In this document: positions 60,871-64,000 of the stretch, one piece after another | Numbering within the stretch: the stretch's first letter is position 1 | Layout: each line of letters opens with the position of its first letter | Assembly (NCBI RefSeq): GCF_004010195.1 | Contig: NC_057718.1 | Span: forward strand, 38,373,834-38,437,833 | Length of the DNA: 64,000 nt | Source: Chiloscyllium plagiosum | Taxonomy: Eukaryota | Reading direction: 5' to 3' | Made by a program: the position numbers and the translations under genes | Notes under the pieces: generated by a model | Told to the model about the DNA's origin: nothing | The model's input: the letters and a program-made list of their open reading frames with translations, nothing else | Databases searched by the model: none

Positions 60871-62699
60871 AATCACCACTTGAAGGACCACAAGGATGGC
60901 AGCGGCCAAGAATGTACTATGGGTGGAACTTCAATATTTTAATAACAAAACAGATAGGAGTGAACATCAAACAAGCTAAATGGACACAAACTCCTGCCTC
61001 CACATCGAGGATGTCCTCTATCATGTGTGGCACAACCACCATCTGAATAGAATAGATTATTAATAGATATAACAACTCGAGACATCCCTGAGATGCTGTA
61101 AGCCGTCAGCAGCAATTTGTTGTCCCCCTTGACCTGCATATTCCTACACTACACCACCAAGCCACAGTAGCAATGATTCACTGAAGAGTACAGGAGTAGC
61201 ACTCCGTGCATCTAAAAATGAGGTGCCAACCTGGCGAAGATACAGTGCAAGACTAGTTTGCCAACCAGTGGATTAGATCTAAGCCCTGCAACATCAGAAG
61301 TGCCAGATGGGTAATCCATCTCAGCCTCCACCTGAGGTCCCCAGCATTGCAAGTACCAGTCTTCAACAAGTAAGATTCACTCCACATGATTTAAGAAATA
61401 CCTGAAGGCAATGTATACTGAAAAGCTTATAAATTTTCACAACGTTCCTCTATAGTATTGAACATTTATAGTCTAGAACTAGCCATAGCCCTAGTCGAGC
61501 TGTTCCAATGCAGATGTAACATTGGCATCTACCCAGTAATATGGAAATTTGTCCAGGTATTTCCTGTCCATAGCAAGTTGGATAAACCCAGCCTGTCTAG
61601 TTACCATCCCATCAGTCTTCTCTCAATCATTAGCAATTCGCTGGAGTTCCAACAACACTCGAAGCTCAACATCATCCAGGACAAAGTAGCTCACTTTATT
61701 GGTACCCAATCTAATACACATGCAATGTTGACTCTCTCCACCATCAATGCAGAGTCATCTACAGTATGCACTTAACGGCATCTTCCAAATCCACAGCCAT
61801 TACCAACTAGAAAGACAGCGTAATCTAGACAAGGGAAGCCATTCCTGCAAGTTTCCCACAAACTACACATTATTCTAAATTGACTTGAAATGTCTAAAGG
61901 GAAAATTAGTCCTTGATTTCCTGAAATCACCTTACAATTTTTTTCTCCTGATCGAGACTCTGCATAATTTTCAGAAAGTAGGTGAAAAGAAAATTACTGA
62001 TATACAAAACATTTTTTGTAATCTTTTCTCGATCCAAATAAATATCCATATGTTAGTATTCCTTAATCACTTTTCTCAGCTATTCAGAAACTGATTAGGG
62101 CAAAAGAAGAGGTGGACAGGAGAAAATCAATCCACGTTTTTTAAATGTTTCTTTTTCTAGTGTTGGAGCAGATTTACTTGGTTTCTTGGAACAGTTTTTA
62201 TAAGTTTTGCATTGTTTTTGGAACTTTAAAACAAAAATCAGAGAAACAATACTTTGAAGAGGAGAACGGAAGGGAGAGGGCAAGAGTCAGAGTCTTAGGA
62301 GAGTGACCATGTGGCAAGGTCAGAGACTCTGCTCTAGACATCAACAAGCAAACATTAAGCTGTGCATTTTTACAGCTCGCTAACCATGAAATTGCACAAG
62401 TTTCCTGGAGATTAGTCAAAAAAAAAACAAAGTGCAGTTTCACAGCTGACCTTAGGAGACCTAATATCAGAATTGCATACTGCAGCTGGAAGAGATCAGC
62501 GGTGATTTTAGATTTTGATCAGAGTTTGATTTTGAGACTTATAATCTTAATTTTTTTTGGAAAATCTATAATAGTGAGTAGGGTGAGTTTTTTTTTGTCT
62601 TACTTGATTGAATTTTAATATAAAAGATGTTATCCTAGAGCAGTAAGACTGTGCTAACGCTAAGTTTTAGAGCAGTGTGTATTTTTGTTCTTAAGTATT

Positions 62700-63285
62700 T
62701 TTTGGGTCTGTAGATTGTTAAAGGGGCAGAGGATGCTTTTAGTACAGTGATATGCTCTTTCAGTTGGATATGGGAGATCCGAGAGCATTTCAGTGTTCCT
62801 CGCGGCTATGTCTGCAGGAAGTGTGTTTGGTTGCAAATCCAATTGGAGCACAAGTTGAGGCAGTGAGGAGTTCGCAAAAGCAGGGGGTGAAATGGATGAC
62901 CGTTTTAGGAGAATGAAAAAACTGGCAGTTTTAGTCACACAGATGGGTTACCGCTAGGAAAGGAAGGAGAGGTAGACAGGTAGTGCAGGAGCCTGTTGTG
63001 GTTATCCCCCATCTCAAACAAGTATACTGTTTTGCATACTGTGGGGCGATTGCTTCTTGGGAATATAGCACTGGCAACCAGGTTTCTGGCACCATGATTG
63101 GCTGTACTGTAATGAAGAGTATATCAGGTTCCAAGTGATTTGATTGTGATAGGAGTCCTTCTAATCAGCAGCTGTCAGAAAAACATCAGAATGGCATGTT
63201 GCATCCCTCATTCCAGCGTCAAGGATGTCTCTGAGCAGGTACAGAATACACTGAAAGGGGAGAGTAAGCAGCAGAAAGTCATTGT
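62700..63285 (+). mobile_element. CR1 ORF1 remnant (zinc finger and esterase)
   Basis: YVCRKCVWLQI and VVIPHL(K/S)NKYTVL-like remnants, and cc-gcgtcaaggatgtctctgag as in the ORF1 copy near 500-540. Confidence 0.6.
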
Positions 63286-64000
63286 TCAAGGATTGTGTAA
63301 AGATTTGTAGCTCGGGTGCCATTGTCGTGGTTGTTGGTGTGATTGTGTTGGCTGAGCTGGGAAGTTGATTTGCAGACGTTTTGTCCCCTGTCTAGGTGAC
63401 ATCTTCAGTGCTTTGGAGCTTCTGGAATTTATTTGGTTCTGTTTCTGCTGCTTTCTGTTGCCAGTTCTGGTTGTTGGTTGTAGTGGCTGGTTTATTGGGT
63501 CTAGGTTTATGTGCTTGTTGATGGAGTCCACGGTTGAGTGACATGTTTCTAGAAATTCTCTGGCTGTCCAATGTTTAGCTTGTCCTATGATTTTTGTGAT
63601 CCAATCGAATTTGTGGTCCTTGTCATCTATGTGTACGGCAAAGACTGCAGAAAACACTCTCTATAAGGCAAACAAGCTCACAACCAGCAATCCACATCCA
63701 CGAACACCAATTAGCCACTAAATGTCACAATCAGCTGTCCCTCGTGGCCGTACACACAGATGACGACTACAAATTTGACTGGTACAACATAATGATCATA
63801 GAACAAGCTAAACAGGGCAATCAAAGAATTTCTAGAAGCATGACACTCAGTCAAGGACTCCATCAACAAGCACATTGACCTAGATCCAATAGATGGTCAC
63901 TACAATGAACAACGAGAAGCAGCAGAAACAGAACCAGATAAATTCCAGAAGAGAGGGTACAGCAGCGCTTCACAGGAGGCTTCAAAGCACTGAAGATGTC
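63286..64000. mobile_element. Older fold-back Poseidon-type PLE, cut by the window end
   Basis: Minus ORF HKFDWITKIIGQAK..AREFLE..INKHINLDPI with a mirror copy on the plus strand from about 63640. Same family group as 43890-44747. Confidence 0.85.

Overview
Eukaryotic, repeat-rich vertebrate DNA, most likely a shark or other cartilaginous fish (inferred from HE1/V-SINE and SacSINE-like repeats). It has three N-gaps. Three intron-containing genes lie in tandem on the + strand: the last three coding exons and 3' UTR of TRERF1 (5686-8998); MRPS10 (ATG 19535, stop 39632; the end of exon 4 and all of exon 5 are not visible and probably lie in the gap at 37042-37541); and the first six coding exons of UTP25/DIEXF (from 51676, continuing beyond the window). 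The rest is CR1, L2-like, Tx1 and L1 LINE fragments, tRNA-derived SINEs and many Penelope-like (PLE) retroelements. The most striking signal is the PLE complement. About five distinct families each carry a minimal hammerhead-ribozyme motif (CUGANGA-stem II-GAA followed by a loopless, self-complementary stem III: ACGU, AGCU or AAGCUU). Many insertions, from about 180 bp to 2 kb, are fold-back (inverted-duplicated) structures flanked by 13-16 bp target-site duplications. Other points: a perfect 35-bp hairpin in MRPS10 intron 2, a MRPS10-UTP25 adjacency that differs from human gene order, and minus-strand splice signals suggesting a divergent transcript from the UTP25 promoter. Exon coordinates were checked by hand; most repeat boundaries are approximate.
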